Assembly (NCBI GenBank): GCA_050014195.1
Contig: JBEKDT010000004.1
Span: 64,001 to 128,000, forward strand
Direction of reading: 5' to 3'
Source: Desulfomonilia bacterium
GTDB taxonomy: Bacteria > Desulfobacterota > Desulfomonilia > UBA1062
DNA: 64,000 bases
Shown here one piece after another: positions 21,791-32,250 of this stretch. The notes below the pieces were generated by a model, which saw only the letters and a list, made by a program, of their open reading frames with translations, had not been told where the DNA came from and made no database searches. The stretch's first letter is position 1, and every line of letters begins with the position of its first letter. Made by a program: the position numbers and the translations under genes.

Positions 21791-23431
21791 ATGTCAGCAT
21801 TCCGAGAAATCACCATGGGTAACCTCATCAGAGAGACCGCATCGAAATTCCCTGACAACGATGCACTCGTGTATCCTGACACCAACCTCAGGTTGAGTTA
21901 TCATGAATTGCTTGAAAAAACCAAGGAGGTCGCGAAAGGGTTCATGGCCCTGGGGGTACAAAATAGCGATCATGTCTCGGTGTGGACCACCAATATACCC
22001 GAGTGGGTATATATGCAGTTCGGACTCGGTATGATCGGAGCAGTACTCGTGACGGTGAACACAAACTATAAGTCCAATGAGCTCGAGTACATCCTCAACC
22101 AATCCGATTCCACATGCTTGGTGCTTATGGAGGAATACAGGGATACGAACTTCTATAAAACTACCCGAGAGGTTATCCCTGAGTTAGATACCGCTAAGCC
22201 GGGAAAACTGAGCGCGCCCAAATTACCCAATCTCAAGAACGTAATTTATATCGGCAACAGGAAAGATACCCCTGGGATGTTTTCATTTGATCAGATACTT
22301 GCCATGGGCAAAGGGATATCTGATGAAGAGCTCGCCCGGCGTGAGAAGATAGTTCATTTCCATGACGTTGTGAACATGCAATACACCTCCGGCACTACAG
22401 GATTTCCTAAAGGAGTTATGCTCACCCATTACAATGTCATCAATAATGCACGGATGGTCGGCGATGTCATGGGAATGACAGAAAAAGACCGACTCCTTAT
22501 ACAGGTGCCTCTCTTCCATTGCTTCGGCTGTGTCATGAGCTCGCTCAACTGTATGGTGCATGGCTCCACCATGGTGCTTGTGGAAAATTTCGATTCCGCA
22601 AAGGCATTGAACTACATCGAACAGGAGAAGTGTACAGCGATTAACGGTGTCCCCACAATGTTCATCGCCATCCTAGGTCATGCGGATTTCAGCAAATACT
22701 CGATGAAGACGCTCAGGACAGGCATCATGGCCGGCGCACCCTGTCCTGTTGATACGATGAAACAGGTCATTGAGGTAATGCATTGTCCGGAGGTCGTGAT
22801 CGCCTTCGGGCAGACCGAATCGTCTCCCGTAATGACCATGACAAGAAGAGATGACCCTATTGACTTGAGGGTTGCAACCGTGGGGAGATTGCTTCCTGAC
22901 ATAGAGGGTAAAATAGTGGACCCGGCAACAGGAGAGGATCTTCCTCCCAATGTTCAAGGTGAGATCGTCACCCGAAGCTCTTGCGTCATGAAAGGCTATT
23001 ATAAAATGCCGGATGAAACGGCCCAAGCCATTGACAAAGATGGGTGGCTCCACACGGGCGACCTAGGTACACTAGATGATCATGGGTACTTTAAGGTCAC
23101 TGGTCGAATCAAGGAGATGATTATCCGGGGCGGCGAAAACATCTATCCCAGAGAGATCGAGGAATTCCTCCGTAAAAACCAGAAGGTGATGGATGTCTAT
23201 GTGGTGGGAATCCCTGATAAGAAATATGGCGAGCAGGTCCTTGCAGCTGTCATATTAAAATCCGGAGAACAGGCCACGGACAATGAATTTATCTCTTTCT
23301 GCCAGGGCAAGATAGCTCGTCACAAGATACCAAAATATTGGGAATTCGTGGAAGCGGTGCCCATGACAGCAAGCGGCAAGGTGCAGAAATACAAAATGGT
23401 AGAACAGTACGCCCGAAAGTATATGAATTGA
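21791..23431 (+). CDS. AMP-forming acyl-CoA synthetase
   Basis: YTSGTTGFPKG, FGQTE, GWLHTGDLG, IIRGGENIYPREIE, SGKVQK. Confidence 0.93.
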   Translation: MSAFREITMGNLIRETASKFPDNDALVYPDTNLRLSYHELLEKTKEVAKGFMALGVQNSDHVSVWTTNIPEWVYMQFGLGMIGAVLVTVNTNYKSNELEYILNQSDSTCLVLMEEYRDTNFYKTTREVIPELDTAKPGKLSAPKLPNLKNVIYIGNRKDTPGMFSFDQILAMGKGISDEELARREKIVHFHDVVNMQYTSGTTGFPKGVMLTHYNVINNARMVGDVMGMTEKDRLLIQVPLFHCFGCVMSSLNCMVHGSTMVLVENFDSAKALNYIEQEKCTAINGVPTMFIAILGHADFSKYSMKTLRTGIMAGAPCPVDTMKQVIEVMHCPEVVIAFGQTESSPVMTMTRRDDPIDLRVATVGRLLPDIEGKIVDPATGEDLPPNVQGEIVTRSSCVMKGYYKMPDETAQAIDKDGWLHTGDLGTLDDHGYFKVTGRIKEMIIRGGENIYPREIEEFLRKNQKVMDVYVVGIPDKKYGEQVLAAVILKSGEQATDNEFISFCQGKIARHKIPKYWEFVEAVPMTASGKVQKYKMVEQYARKYMN

Positions 23432-23549
23432 TCAAACTGATTATATATCCATGAAGGGGTGTACTTCAAACTGGGCTCACCTGATGGGGAATAGAGTCGC
23501 AACCTTTCTTTCCGGTCTGTCGCGAACTCCTCTACCCTGAACGACCCGT

Positions 23550-25661
23550 TTATTTTTCAAGTTTCCTGATCCTCATGCGTGCATCCAGGGCGCACAGACC
23601 TTTGCCCTTTGAAAAGACCCTGACCGGGTTTATGTCCAGCTCCTCTATCTGGGGGAAGGTAGACATGAGGTGAGAGACCCGCACGACACAATCAATAAAC
23701 GCATCGACATCATAAGAGTCTTTGCCCCGGTATCCCTTGAGAATCGGGAAAGACCGAAGGGTCTCGAGTTTCTCCAGGACCTCTTCCTGGTAGGTCGGGC
23801 ATAGTGAGGCAGCAAAATCCTTAAAGGCCTCAATATAGACGCCACCAATTCCAAAGAAGACCACCGGACCGAAAGAAGGGTCATGCTTTGCGCCGATGAA
23901 CATATCGCATCCATCAGACACCATGGGTACAACACGCACACCCGTAAACCGCGCCTTTTTATTGTGAGCGTAAAGATTCTTCCGGATGGTCCTGAAGGCA
24001 TCATTTGCCTGAGAAGTATCCCTAATGCCCAGTATAACACCCCCGAATTCAGACTTATGGAGGGCATCAGGGGATACGACCTTCATAACAACCGGAAATC
24101 CTACTTTCTCGGCATATTGAACAGCTTGATCTGCATCCCCAGCCACAAAAGATTCCACTCGAGTTAATCCAAAAGCCGCAAGGAGATCGAGGGCCTCCTC
24201 TCCGAAATCACCCGCCCTGCCCTTCGTCCACCTTTGTGCCTTGCGCATTTGTACATTGCCTGGCATTTCCAATCTCTTGGGTGGTCTCGATTTATCTTGA
24301 TGGAAATTCATCTGCGCAGCCATGGCCCTGACCATTTCTTCAGCACTGTTGAAGATCGGGAAATTCACTGTCCTCTTAGTCTGGAGTATCATCCTCGATG
24401 GTCCGAAGAGACAGATAGCAAGGGGTTTGCCTGAGGAAAGGATCGTCCCCCAGGCCTCTTTTGACATATCAGTTAAGAACATCCGGTAGAACACATTTTC
24501 TCCCACCGGCATCTGGGGGCGCTGTCCCACATAAAGGACTCCGTCCACCTCATCACTATGCATGACTGAATAGATAACATGGGCCGTCAACTGCGGGTCA
24601 TAGATATCCCCCATGTCCAGCGGGTTGGAGAACTGTATCACACCGGCATTGGAAAATTTCTGCAACCCTGTATAGAAATCCTGCCCGGGGTCTGCAAAAG
24701 TGAAACCTATCTTCTCGCAGAGATCAGCGGTTATAACAGAAAATCCCCCAGCCGGGCTCATGACCATGACCTTCTTGCCCTTCATGGGGGGGAGCTGGAA
24801 TGCCTTCACCACAGCAATGAAATCATGGTAGTTGTGGATACGGATAACACCAGCCCTTTTAAAGGCAGTATCTATGATTGTCTCATCATTGCTCAAGGCA
24901 GCGGTATGGCTCATGGCCGCCTTTTTCCCGGCAACTGTCGTATTTGACTTCATGACTACGATGGGCTTTTCGCTTTGCATGGCAATTTCAATAAATCTCT
25001 GCCCCCTGTCTATGCTCTCCAGATAGAGACAGATGATCTTGGTGGCAGGATCAGAAATAAGGTATTCGAGGAAGTCAACCTCATCGAGATCAAGCTTATT
25101 CCCGATGCTCGCAAACTTTGCCATACCGATGTTCTCATCAACAAGGAAGTTAAATAACATGAGGGCAACCCCTCCACTCTGGGATATTACCGACATGCCG
25201 CCTTCAGGTGCCTTATGGAGAGGGACAAAGGGCAGGCACAGACCATTAGCCGTATTGGCCACTGTCACACCATTGGGCCCCACAAACCTGATTGCATATT
25301 GACGGGCCTTCGAGAGGGTCATCTCTGAAAGCTTCCTCCCCTCTTCACCAAACTCGGAAAACCCTCCACTTGAGATCGCCATCCGGTTGATACCGAATTT
25401 GCCGCATTGCTCAACCACATCAGGGACGAACCTGGCAGGTATAAGGCAGTATGCCAGATCCGGCACTTCGGGAAGATCTGTAAGATCATGGTACATCTTG
25501 ATGCCATCTACATGCGCATCCTCGCTTTTCGCGTTTATTCCGAAGATCCTGCCCCGATACCCCCAGCGAAGCATATTCTCAAGGGTAATCCGGGGAATAT
25601 TGTTGGGTTTTGAAGAAAGCCCGAAGATTGCAATCGATTCAGGATAAAAAAACCTTTCCAT
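23550..25661 (-). CDS. ADP-forming acetate/acyl-CoA ligase (fused alpha/beta)
   Basis: FFYPESIAIFG, GPNG, ISQSGG, SIGNKLD, SHTAAL, ATP-grasp HKSEFGGV, ELDINP. Confidence 0.9.
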   Translation of the reverse strand: MERFFYPESIAIFGLSSKPNNIPRITLENMLRWGYRGRIFGINAKSEDAHVDGIKMYHDLTDLPEVPDLAYCLIPARFVPDVVEQCGKFGINRMAISSGGFSEFGEEGRKLSEMTLSKARQYAIRFVGPNGVTVANTANGLCLPFVPLHKAPEGGMSVISQSGGVALMLFNFLVDENIGMAKFASIGNKLDLDEVDFLEYLISDPATKIICLYLESIDRGQRFIEIAMQSEKPIVVMKSNTTVAGKKAAMSHTAALSNDETIIDTAFKRAGVIRIHNYHDFIAVVKAFQLPPMKGKKVMVMSPAGGFSVITADLCEKIGFTFADPGQDFYTGLQKFSNAGVIQFSNPLDMGDIYDPQLTAHVIYSVMHSDEVDGVLYVGQRPQMPVGENVFYRMFLTDMSKEAWGTILSSGKPLAICLFGPSRMILQTKRTVNFPIFNSAEEMVRAMAAQMNFHQDKSRPPKRLEMPGNVQMRKAQRWTKGRAGDFGEEALDLLAAFGLTRVESFVAGDADQAVQYAEKVGFPVVMKVVSPDALHKSEFGGVILGIRDTSQANDAFRTIRKNLYAHNKKARFTGVRVVPMVSDGCDMFIGAKHDPSFGPVVFFGIGGVYIEAFKDFAASLCPTYQEEVLEKLETLRSFPILKGYRGKDSYDVDAFIDCVVRVSHLMSTFPQIEELDINPVRVFSKGKGLCALDARMRIRKLEK

Positions 25662-25859
25662 GTCCACCTCCATGATTCAGTAAAGATTCGGCCGCCACTT
25701 TCTTTAGGTATCGTGAAGTCCATGCATTGTTGCTTAAGGAAGCAGTGTAATAACTATAATCCAAAGAAATAAGCTTTGGAATGAGATTCCTGTATAGTAT
25801 TAATGAAGTGAAAAGGATTTGCGGGTGCAGGCACATACTGAGCCAACACCCGCATCTGG

Positions 25860-27725
25860 CTATGAGGAGAAACTTTCTTCCGGTATCTCGAAGATGGACA
25901 TATCTTCGTTCTTGATGGCCTTCACCGCAGCATCCACCTCAGGGAGCACATTCCTGATGAAATACTGGGCACCGGCAACCTTGCCCATGTAGAACGCAGC
26001 ATCCTTGTTGGATTTTGCAAGGCCGGCCAGTGCTGTTTTATCGGCAGGATCAATACCGTTCTGTTTGGCAAGCCCATCCAGCTTCTGTTTGGCTACACCG
26101 GCTTGCCATAAGAGGGACCAGCCGGATACCACCTTTCCCATCATCATGAGGAAGGGGTAGGCATTGCTTATTGGAACAAGGAATTTACCTGCCTTACCAC
26201 AATTCGCCAAATAAAGACCCATATCAGCAAGTGCATTCACACCGGCCTGGACTTTGTCGGCAAGATCCTTCAACTCATTGATGTTCTTATATTCCGTCAC
26301 TGTTGCCCCCATGAGGCCCAGCATGTTCATGAAATATGTGCCCTTTTTCATGCCAAGTTTCCTTCCGATGAGGTCCAGGGCCTGGATACCGTTCGCCCCT
26401 TCATAGATGGATGCGATCTTTTCATCGCGCATGAACTGTTCCACTGGGTACTCGCTGCAGAATCCATATCCGCCATAGCACTGCATGGCGGTCTCCGTCA
26501 CCCTGAACCCGATGTCCGAGCTGTAGGCCTTTACGATGGGGGTGAGGATCTCGGCATACCCGAGCCATTTGTCTTTTTCCGCCTCATCTGCTGCGATTTT
26601 GTGCATGTCGAAACAGTATGCAGTGAAATAAGCAATGGCCCGCAGGCTGTCCACGTTGGACTTCATCCACAACAGCATCCTCCTCACATCGGGGTGCTGG
26701 ATAATGGGAACCCGAGGCGCCTGCGGGTTCTTCATTTCCATAAGGGATGAGCCCTGGAGTCTCTGCTTCGTATACTGAAGCGCATGCAGGTAGGCAATGG
26801 ATGCACTGCAGAGGCCCTGCAAGCCAACGGCAAGCCTGGCCTCATTCATCATCTGGAACATGATCTTCATACCCTGCATCTCTTCTCCAAGCAGCTCTGC
26901 ATAGCAGTTGTTGTTGTCACCAAAATTGATCAGGCATGTGGCGCTGCCATGGATGCCCATCTTCTCTTCAATCTTGGCGATCTCGTAATCGTTGCGCCGG
27001 CCGAGCGTTCCGTCCTCGTTGACAATATACTTTGGAACTATGAATATTGAAATTCCCTTGGTCCCGGCAGGGTCACCCTCGATCCTGGCGAGAACAGGAT
27101 GGATGACATTCTCCGTGAGATCCTGGTCTCCGGCTGTGATAAAGATCTTCGTACCCTGAATCTTGAAGGTCCCATCGCTCTGCCGGATCGCCTTCGTACT
27201 CAGATTTCCCACATCCGTGCCTGCATTGGGCTCGGTCAGCGCCATGGTCCCGCCCCAGACGCCCTGGATCATTTTTTCCATATACTTCTTTTTCTGTTCC
27301 TCGGTCCCATAAGTCAGGATAAGGTGGGCCGCACCCTCAGTGGCAAACGGATACGCTATGAAGGCGAAGTTGTGGTAGAACCACTCGATAGCGGCGTACT
27401 TCACGCTTTCCGGGATCCCCTGGCCGCCTTCATCAGGGGAGAAAGACATACCTATCCATCCGCCTTCGCAGAACAGTTTGTATGCACGGTGGAAACATTT
27501 CGGCACGTAGACTTGACCATCTGCGAGCTTGCACCCCTCCTTGTCGCCCTGGGCAAGTGTGGGGAGGATCTCATCCTCTGCTATCTTCCGGGCCTCGGTA
27601 AGAATCATATTGAAGGTCTCTATCGATAAGTCCGCATACTTCGGATGCTCGCAGACCTTTTCCACTCCGAGCATCTCATAAAGAACAAACTGCTGGTCTC
27701 TTTCATCTAAAATCATGCTTGCCAT
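25860..27725 (-). CDS. Acyl-CoA dehydrogenase
   Basis: GTMALTEPNAGTD, GTKIFIT, EEKMGIHGSAT, MNEARL, YGGYG, IYEGANGIQ. Confidence 0.95.
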   Translation of the reverse strand: MASMILDERDQQFVLYEMLGVEKVCEHPKYADLSIETFNMILTEARKIAEDEILPTLAQGDKEGCKLADGQVYVPKCFHRAYKLFCEGGWIGMSFSPDEGGQGIPESVKYAAIEWFYHNFAFIAYPFATEGAAHLILTYGTEEQKKKYMEKMIQGVWGGTMALTEPNAGTDVGNLSTKAIRQSDGTFKIQGTKIFITAGDQDLTENVIHPVLARIEGDPAGTKGISIFIVPKYIVNEDGTLGRRNDYEIAKIEEKMGIHGSATCLINFGDNNNCYAELLGEEMQGMKIMFQMMNEARLAVGLQGLCSASIAYLHALQYTKQRLQGSSLMEMKNPQAPRVPIIQHPDVRRMLLWMKSNVDSLRAIAYFTAYCFDMHKIAADEAEKDKWLGYAEILTPIVKAYSSDIGFRVTETAMQCYGGYGFCSEYPVEQFMRDEKIASIYEGANGIQALDLIGRKLGMKKGTYFMNMLGLMGATVTEYKNINELKDLADKVQAGVNALADMGLYLANCGKAGKFLVPISNAYPFLMMMGKVVSGWSLLWQAGVAKQKLDGLAKQNGIDPADKTALAGLAKSNKDAAFYMGKVAGAQYFIRNVLPEVDAAVKAIKNEDMSIFEIPEESFSS

Positions 27726-28022
27726 CTTAATCCCCCTCCTGTTGGTTTATCATACACCTCGTTGTGGTGTAATTTTCTCATAAAGTCGCCTCAGTATACG
27801 AATCTAATACTTTGTATGACAGACTTATGATGCAGTGCTTAGTATTCAACGATTTGACAAATGAATCAAGCATTCTTTTCTCATCATCTTTTACGATGAG
27901 ATTTTCATATCGAAGAGATATTCCCGGATGCAGGGTCTGTGGATCTCTATCAGGCAAGATACGTTCAGGTAATTTGAGGAGAGGGGAGATTACGACCTCG
28001 ATCGTTTCCGTAATCTTGATAC

Positions 28023-28053
28023 AAAAAAAGCCGGGGTGTTGCCCCGGCTTCTT
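28023..28053 (-). terminator. Rho-independent terminator after the porin gene
   Basis: Minus strand AAGCCGGGG-caaca-CCCCGGCTT followed by a T tract. Confidence 0.8.
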
Positions 28054-28074
28054 CACTATTTCTAGACAATATTC

Positions 28075-29235
28075 TCAGAAGTCGATCTGCCACTTTGCAC
28101 CGGCATAGGTTGCCTTGCCCATCTTTAAGCCACTATCGTTATCGTTCTGGTCAAACACACCGACCTCGGGGACAACAAAACATTTAGCACCTTTTGTCTC
28201 TGCGATCGGGACAACAGCCTGCAGATAGTAGGACTGGCCCTTTATTTTGGGGGCACCGCTCTCATCATACTGTGAATAGGTAAACCCATAACCCGCTTCA
28301 ACCGTTACTTTTTGTATTTTAGCACCTACAACGCCTGCAACGCCAAAGTCCTTCTCGTTCGTGACATCACCGGTCGTCGCATCGATCAATGCACCTTGTC
28401 CGGTTACCTGGGCAACACCCATCGAGGTGGCATTCCGTCCGTACCATATTGATGCACCGCAGAATACCGGGTCGATGTTTGCACCGCCACCAATACCGAT
28501 AGTATAGCTGTTCACCTTTGTATCAACGGTTGTTGTGGTTGAACCTGTGGTCAAATCCTTGACCTTGAATGTGCCCGCTCCACCGTAGACATCGCCATAG
28601 AACTTATCCATGGAAAGGTGATACTGCACCTCCAGGTGCGGCAGAAGGGTCTCATACGTAGCTGTTGCACCTGTCAGTGCGACAGTTGGGCTTGTTTTCA
28701 CGAGCTGCACGGTGAGCCCTTTATAGGCCATCTGTACCAGGGGAGTAAAGCCTTCGTCGATGAAGCCCCAATCCTGCAGGTCGGTGTCTGGCCCATAGGG
28801 ATTCCCGGCCTGGTTGCTGTAGGTGAAGTTTGTGAATATGGTCTCGCCCTTTCCAATAAGGAAACTTACATCGCCGCACTGGTAGCTGCCAAAGGCATGC
28901 CTTATAGAAACGGCATCACCAGAAGAATGCAGTCCAAGCAGAAGATCTCCGCCCAGGTCGCCGTGCTTTGCAGTCAACCCGATACGTGAATTCCCCTGCA
29001 TATCCCAGATGGTGGTCTTGTTATCATCATTAAAGAGTCCACCCGCACCTGCATCGCCTGCAGAGTCCTTTTGATAGAAGGTCCCGAACCGGGCGCTCCC
29101 GTATATCGTCCAAGTCCCGATGGTGTCTTCCAGTGCCTGGAGCCGCTCTTCAACCGTCTTGTCAGCAGCTGGAACAGGAGCGGGAAGGACGAAGACCAAG
29201 CCTGCCGCCAGTAGAAATACAATTAATTTCCTCAT
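28075..29235 (-). CDS. Outer-membrane porin (beta-barrel)
   Basis: Signal peptide, amphipathic beta strands, C-terminal YAGAKWQIDF. Confidence 0.75.
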   Translation of the reverse strand: MRKLIVFLLAAGLVFVLPAPVPAADKTVEERLQALEDTIGTWTIYGSARFGTFYQKDSAGDAGAGGLFNDDNKTTIWDMQGNSRIGLTAKHGDLGGDLLLGLHSSGDAVSIRHAFGSYQCGDVSFLIGKGETIFTNFTYSNQAGNPYGPDTDLQDWGFIDEGFTPLVQMAYKGLTVQLVKTSPTVALTGATATYETLLPHLEVQYHLSMDKFYGDVYGGAGTFKVKDLTTGSTTTTVDTKVNSYTIGIGGGANIDPVFCGASIWYGRNATSMGVAQVTGQGALIDATTGDVTNEKDFGVAGVVGAKIQKVTVEAGYGFTYSQYDESGAPKIKGQSYYLQAVVPIAETKGAKCFVVPEVGVFDQNDNDSGLKMGKATYAGAKWQIDF

Positions 29236-29480
29236 ACTCTCCTCCTCGTATTTTTTCTGATTTCTATTCTAGATTTTTCTCTCGTTACTCCCTCTGAATT
29301 CTCTTGTTAAACCACCTGCAATTACGTGTCAATGAAAGATCAATGTATTGTTCATCGGATGTGAAAGCATATAAATATATTTACCGATTATTAACACATT
29401 TGAAACCTTTCTTGAATGCTCCTCATACAATTACGGTTACCCTTGGGCTGCATAAGTGCATAAGGATTTCTCTCAATATG

Positions 29481-29496
29481 AGCAAACATCGTACCA
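29481..29496 (-). promoter_or_regulatory. Sigma54 -24/-12 promoter for the porin gene
   Basis: Minus strand TGGTACG-ATGT-TTGCT vs consensus TGGCACG-N4-TTGCW. Confidence 0.7.
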
Positions 29497-29578
29497 AACC
29501 GTTTTACCTGCCACGAATGATTATAATATTTGATAGTTATAAATAATAAAGCCCTAATTCAGCTAAAACGCCCACCTA

Positions 29579-29633
29579 TAAAATGATACAAACTTGAGAC
29601 ATTCCATTAAAATGATGCAAACTTGAGACATTC
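29579..29633. repeat. 26-bp direct repeat (29-bp period), probable enhancer sites
   Basis: taaaatgat(a/g)caaacttgagacattc twice, 83-137 bp upstream of the sigma54 site. Confidence 0.75.
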
Positions 29634-30052
29634 TGTTTTTTTCCTACTACACAATCAAACTTTATACATAAGCAGAGAAAATTCATATATCTTACTTGGG
29701 TCTGGAGGCGACCAGATCAGGCAAGAGATCTCTTCAAGAATATGATCGGCAAGACCTATACCGCGAGTCATAACTCTGCACGATATCGATGCAATTATGC
29801 ATTTAGCATGCACTATTGCATCAGTGCAAATATGTCTCCTCTCCTTTTTGTGTAACCTCCATTTGTGATTAATATCCCAATGCATCAGTAGGAATTTTCT
29901 GACTGTCTTGGGGTGATCCAAGCTTTTATCGAAGTCTTGCTCCGTTCCTTGACAGGGTAGGACCGTTTGGAATTCATTTAAAACTTGGTGTCATTAATCT
30001 TCAGTAGTCAGCATGCTTGACATCTTGAGGATGATCCAGAATAATTGCCATA

Positions 30053-30430
30053 ATGAAACAGGTCCTGATCTCGACCAATGATATCACCATCCAAGCATCT
30101 CTGCACGATACGCCCACTGCCCGGGAACTATGGAAGATCCTCCCTATTAAAGGAATTGTTAATGTATGGGGAGAGGAGATCTATTTCATAATCCCATTGA
30201 AAATGGATATCGAGCCCGGGGCCACCCAAGATATGGAAGTGGGCACCCTCGCCTACTGGCCAACAGGCCCTGCCCTGTGCATCTTCTTCGGACCTACACC
30301 GGTCAGCACTGATATGAAGCCTCGCGCTTACAGCCCGGTGAATATCATCGGCCGAACCATTGATAGCCCCCTCCCCTTGAAGTCGGTCCCGGACGGTGCG
30401 AAAATCCTCATCAAGGCCATTAAAGAGTGA
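30053..30430 (+). CDS. Cyclophilin-like fold protein (DUF369/TM1367-like)
   Basis: LPI.G.VNVWGEEIYF, GTLAYWPTGPALCIFFGPTP. Confidence 0.85.
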   Translation: MKQVLISTNDITIQASLHDTPTARELWKILPIKGIVNVWGEEIYFIIPLKMDIEPGATQDMEVGTLAYWPTGPALCIFFGPTPVSTDMKPRAYSPVNIIGRTIDSPLPLKSVPDGAKILIKAIKE

Positions 30431-30461
30431 ATCTGTTTTTTGAGAAATCAAGGAGGACAAA

Positions 30462-30791
30462 ATAAAAATAACCGGAGATGATAAATACTGTGTTATCCTC
30501 TGCACCTGCCCGAACGATGAACATGCCGAGAAACTTGCCCGATCCCTTGTAGAACACAAGTTCGCCGCATGTGTCCAGATAACCCCGGTCAGGAGCTTTT
30601 ATGAATGGAAAGGGGAGATCTGCAAGGATGAAGAGCGGCTCCTCATGATAAAGACCAAGACAGTATTTTATGACAAGATCGAGGCTTTCGTCACCATGAA
30701 CCACCCGTACGAAGTACCTGAGATCGTGATGTTGCCTATAACCGGGGGGCTTGAAAAATATTTCAAATGGATCGAGGGCATATGCACATGA
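30462..30791 (+). CDS. cutA: Divalent-cation tolerance protein CutA (non-canonical ATA start)
   Basis: Manual translation: YCVILCTCPN.EHAEKLARSLVEHKFAACVQ...SFYEWKGEIC..EE..LMIKT...HPYEVPEI...YFKWI. Missed by the ORF track. Confidence 0.85.
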   Translation: MKITGDDKYCVILCTCPNDEHAEKLARSLVEHKFAACVQITPVRSFYEWKGEICKDEERLLMIKTKTVFYDKIEAFVTMNHPYEVPEIVMLPITGGLEKYFKWIEGICT

Positions 30792-30899
30792 GCATAGGGT
30801 TTGTTCCTTGACACACTCATGTCGTTCCCGTATCGTTGGGCTTAAGGGATTATGTATGTTTGAGGGCGGAATCTCCTGATATCATTATGCAGGGGGACT

Positions 30900-31646
30900 A
30901 TGATCATCAGCTTTGTTCAGACCAAGGGCGGTACCGGTAAAAGCACACTCGCATTAAATACCGCCTTCTCGAAACATATAAATAAAAAGTTCCGGACCAT
31001 TGCACTTGTAGAACTTGACCCCCAGGGGACTCTGCGGACCTGGTGGGGAGAGCGGGCCGAGCTCGGAAAAAAATCCGGGAATGTATCCTTCCACCACATA
31101 TCCAGCACCCAGAAAGAGGTCTTCGCCGATGGTATCAAATCCATTACCGCTTACAATGACCTCATCATCATGGACATCCCTGGTGAGAGTACCGGCAAGC
31201 TCCATACCCGGTTTGCCTGCGCCGTCTCTGATCTGGTTGTCATTCCCATGAGGACCTCAACCAACGATGAGGCGGCATTCGCAGACAACCTCTATCCCAT
31301 TATCAAGGAGATCATCAAGGTCGATCCCAAGAAGAAGGGCAGCTTTTATGTGCTCCCGTCCTTCACCCATCCCAAGGCCAATACACAGACCATCATTGAG
31401 TATTTCACCGAGATCCTCCCTCAGAATGTGGGATGTCTTCATGCCATCTATCCCGACAGATCGGTTTATGAAAATTTCAACCGCGAAGGCTGCACCCTCC
31501 ATGAATATACCCTCTCGGTCAGCACGAATAAACGGCACTACAAGCAGGCTTTTATGGCGATCAACGACATGGAGGAGATCGCCACGACCATATCCGGAAT
31601 AGTGGAGAGTGCGCATGTCATTGCCCAAAAAGCGAAAAAGGCTTGA
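30900..31646 (+). CDS. ParA/MinD family ATPase (orphan)
   Basis: Deviant Walker A KGGTGKST, DPQG, IIMDIPG. Confidence 0.85.
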   Translation: MIISFVQTKGGTGKSTLALNTAFSKHINKKFRTIALVELDPQGTLRTWWGERAELGKKSGNVSFHHISSTQKEVFADGIKSITAYNDLIIMDIPGESTGKLHTRFACAVSDLVVIPMRTSTNDEAAFADNLYPIIKEIIKVDPKKKGSFYVLPSFTHPKANTQTIIEYFTEILPQNVGCLHAIYPDRSVYENFNREGCTLHEYTLSVSTNKRHYKQAFMAINDMEEIATTISGIVESAHVIAQKAKKA

Positions 31647-32073
31647 TGAGAACCCGACTTTTGACAAAGGAAAGCGAGACCCCAATCATGTCTCAAGCCG
31701 GGATATAAACCCGGGTAAAACGAATGAACGGATACTTAAGGATTCTCCGAGAAGCAAGCAGATGCTCAAGGCCTTTGAGATAGTCGAGCATATCGAACAT
31801 GTCCATGAAACACCTGACCATAATGAGCCGAAACCTGCCGGCACGACATTCGGATCATCCAAGGAAACCCAGGTCTCTTCAACCCCGGATGGGCTCCGAG
31901 TACGAGTATCCTTCGGGCCTGACTCATCCAAGAAGATTGAACCCGATACCGAAACAGGTAGTGCTGCCATGCCCGTAATAGAGGTGAAGCTCAAGATCCC
32001 GTCTTTCCTCTGGAGGGTGCCTATACTTAAGGATATGACCCGGAATCTTATTAAAAGATTTTCAAAGGAGTAA
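31609..32073 (+). CDS. Hypothetical protein overlapping the ParA gene
   Basis: 154 aa; charged low-complexity N-terminus, C-terminal amphipathic segment. Confidence 0.55.
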   Translation: MRMSLPKKRKRLDENPTFDKGKRDPNHVSSRDINPGKTNERILKDSPRSKQMLKAFEIVEHIEHVHETPDHNEPKPAGTTFGSSKETQVSSTPDGLRVRVSFGPDSSKKIEPDTETGSAAMPVIEVKLKIPSFLWRVPILKDMTRNLIKRFSKE

Positions 32074-32250
32074 AACTCTTACATTCACTTCATCGCCGGA
32101 TGGTTAAGAAAAGCATGGACTCACAAGTACCCTCGACCCTTCTTCTGGATTTATTTATATCTTATATGATTCATCCCTTTATCGAGCCATTGTGTTTTAC
32201 CGATAGAGTTGCTATATAGCGCACACTATGCACTCACTGGCCGGAAGCGC

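Noticed and set aside
23475-23540. Hairpin between convergent CoA-ligase genes as an ncRNA
   Set aside because: No recognisable RNA family motif; likely a termination or stability structure.
29579-29633. Direct repeat as a mini-CRISPR or iteron set
   Set aside because: Only two units with a 3-nt gap; their position fits sigma54 enhancer sites better.
29775-29830. Cluster of six TGCA tetramers
   Set aside because: Could be regulator sites, but spacing is irregular and no target or consensus can be supported.
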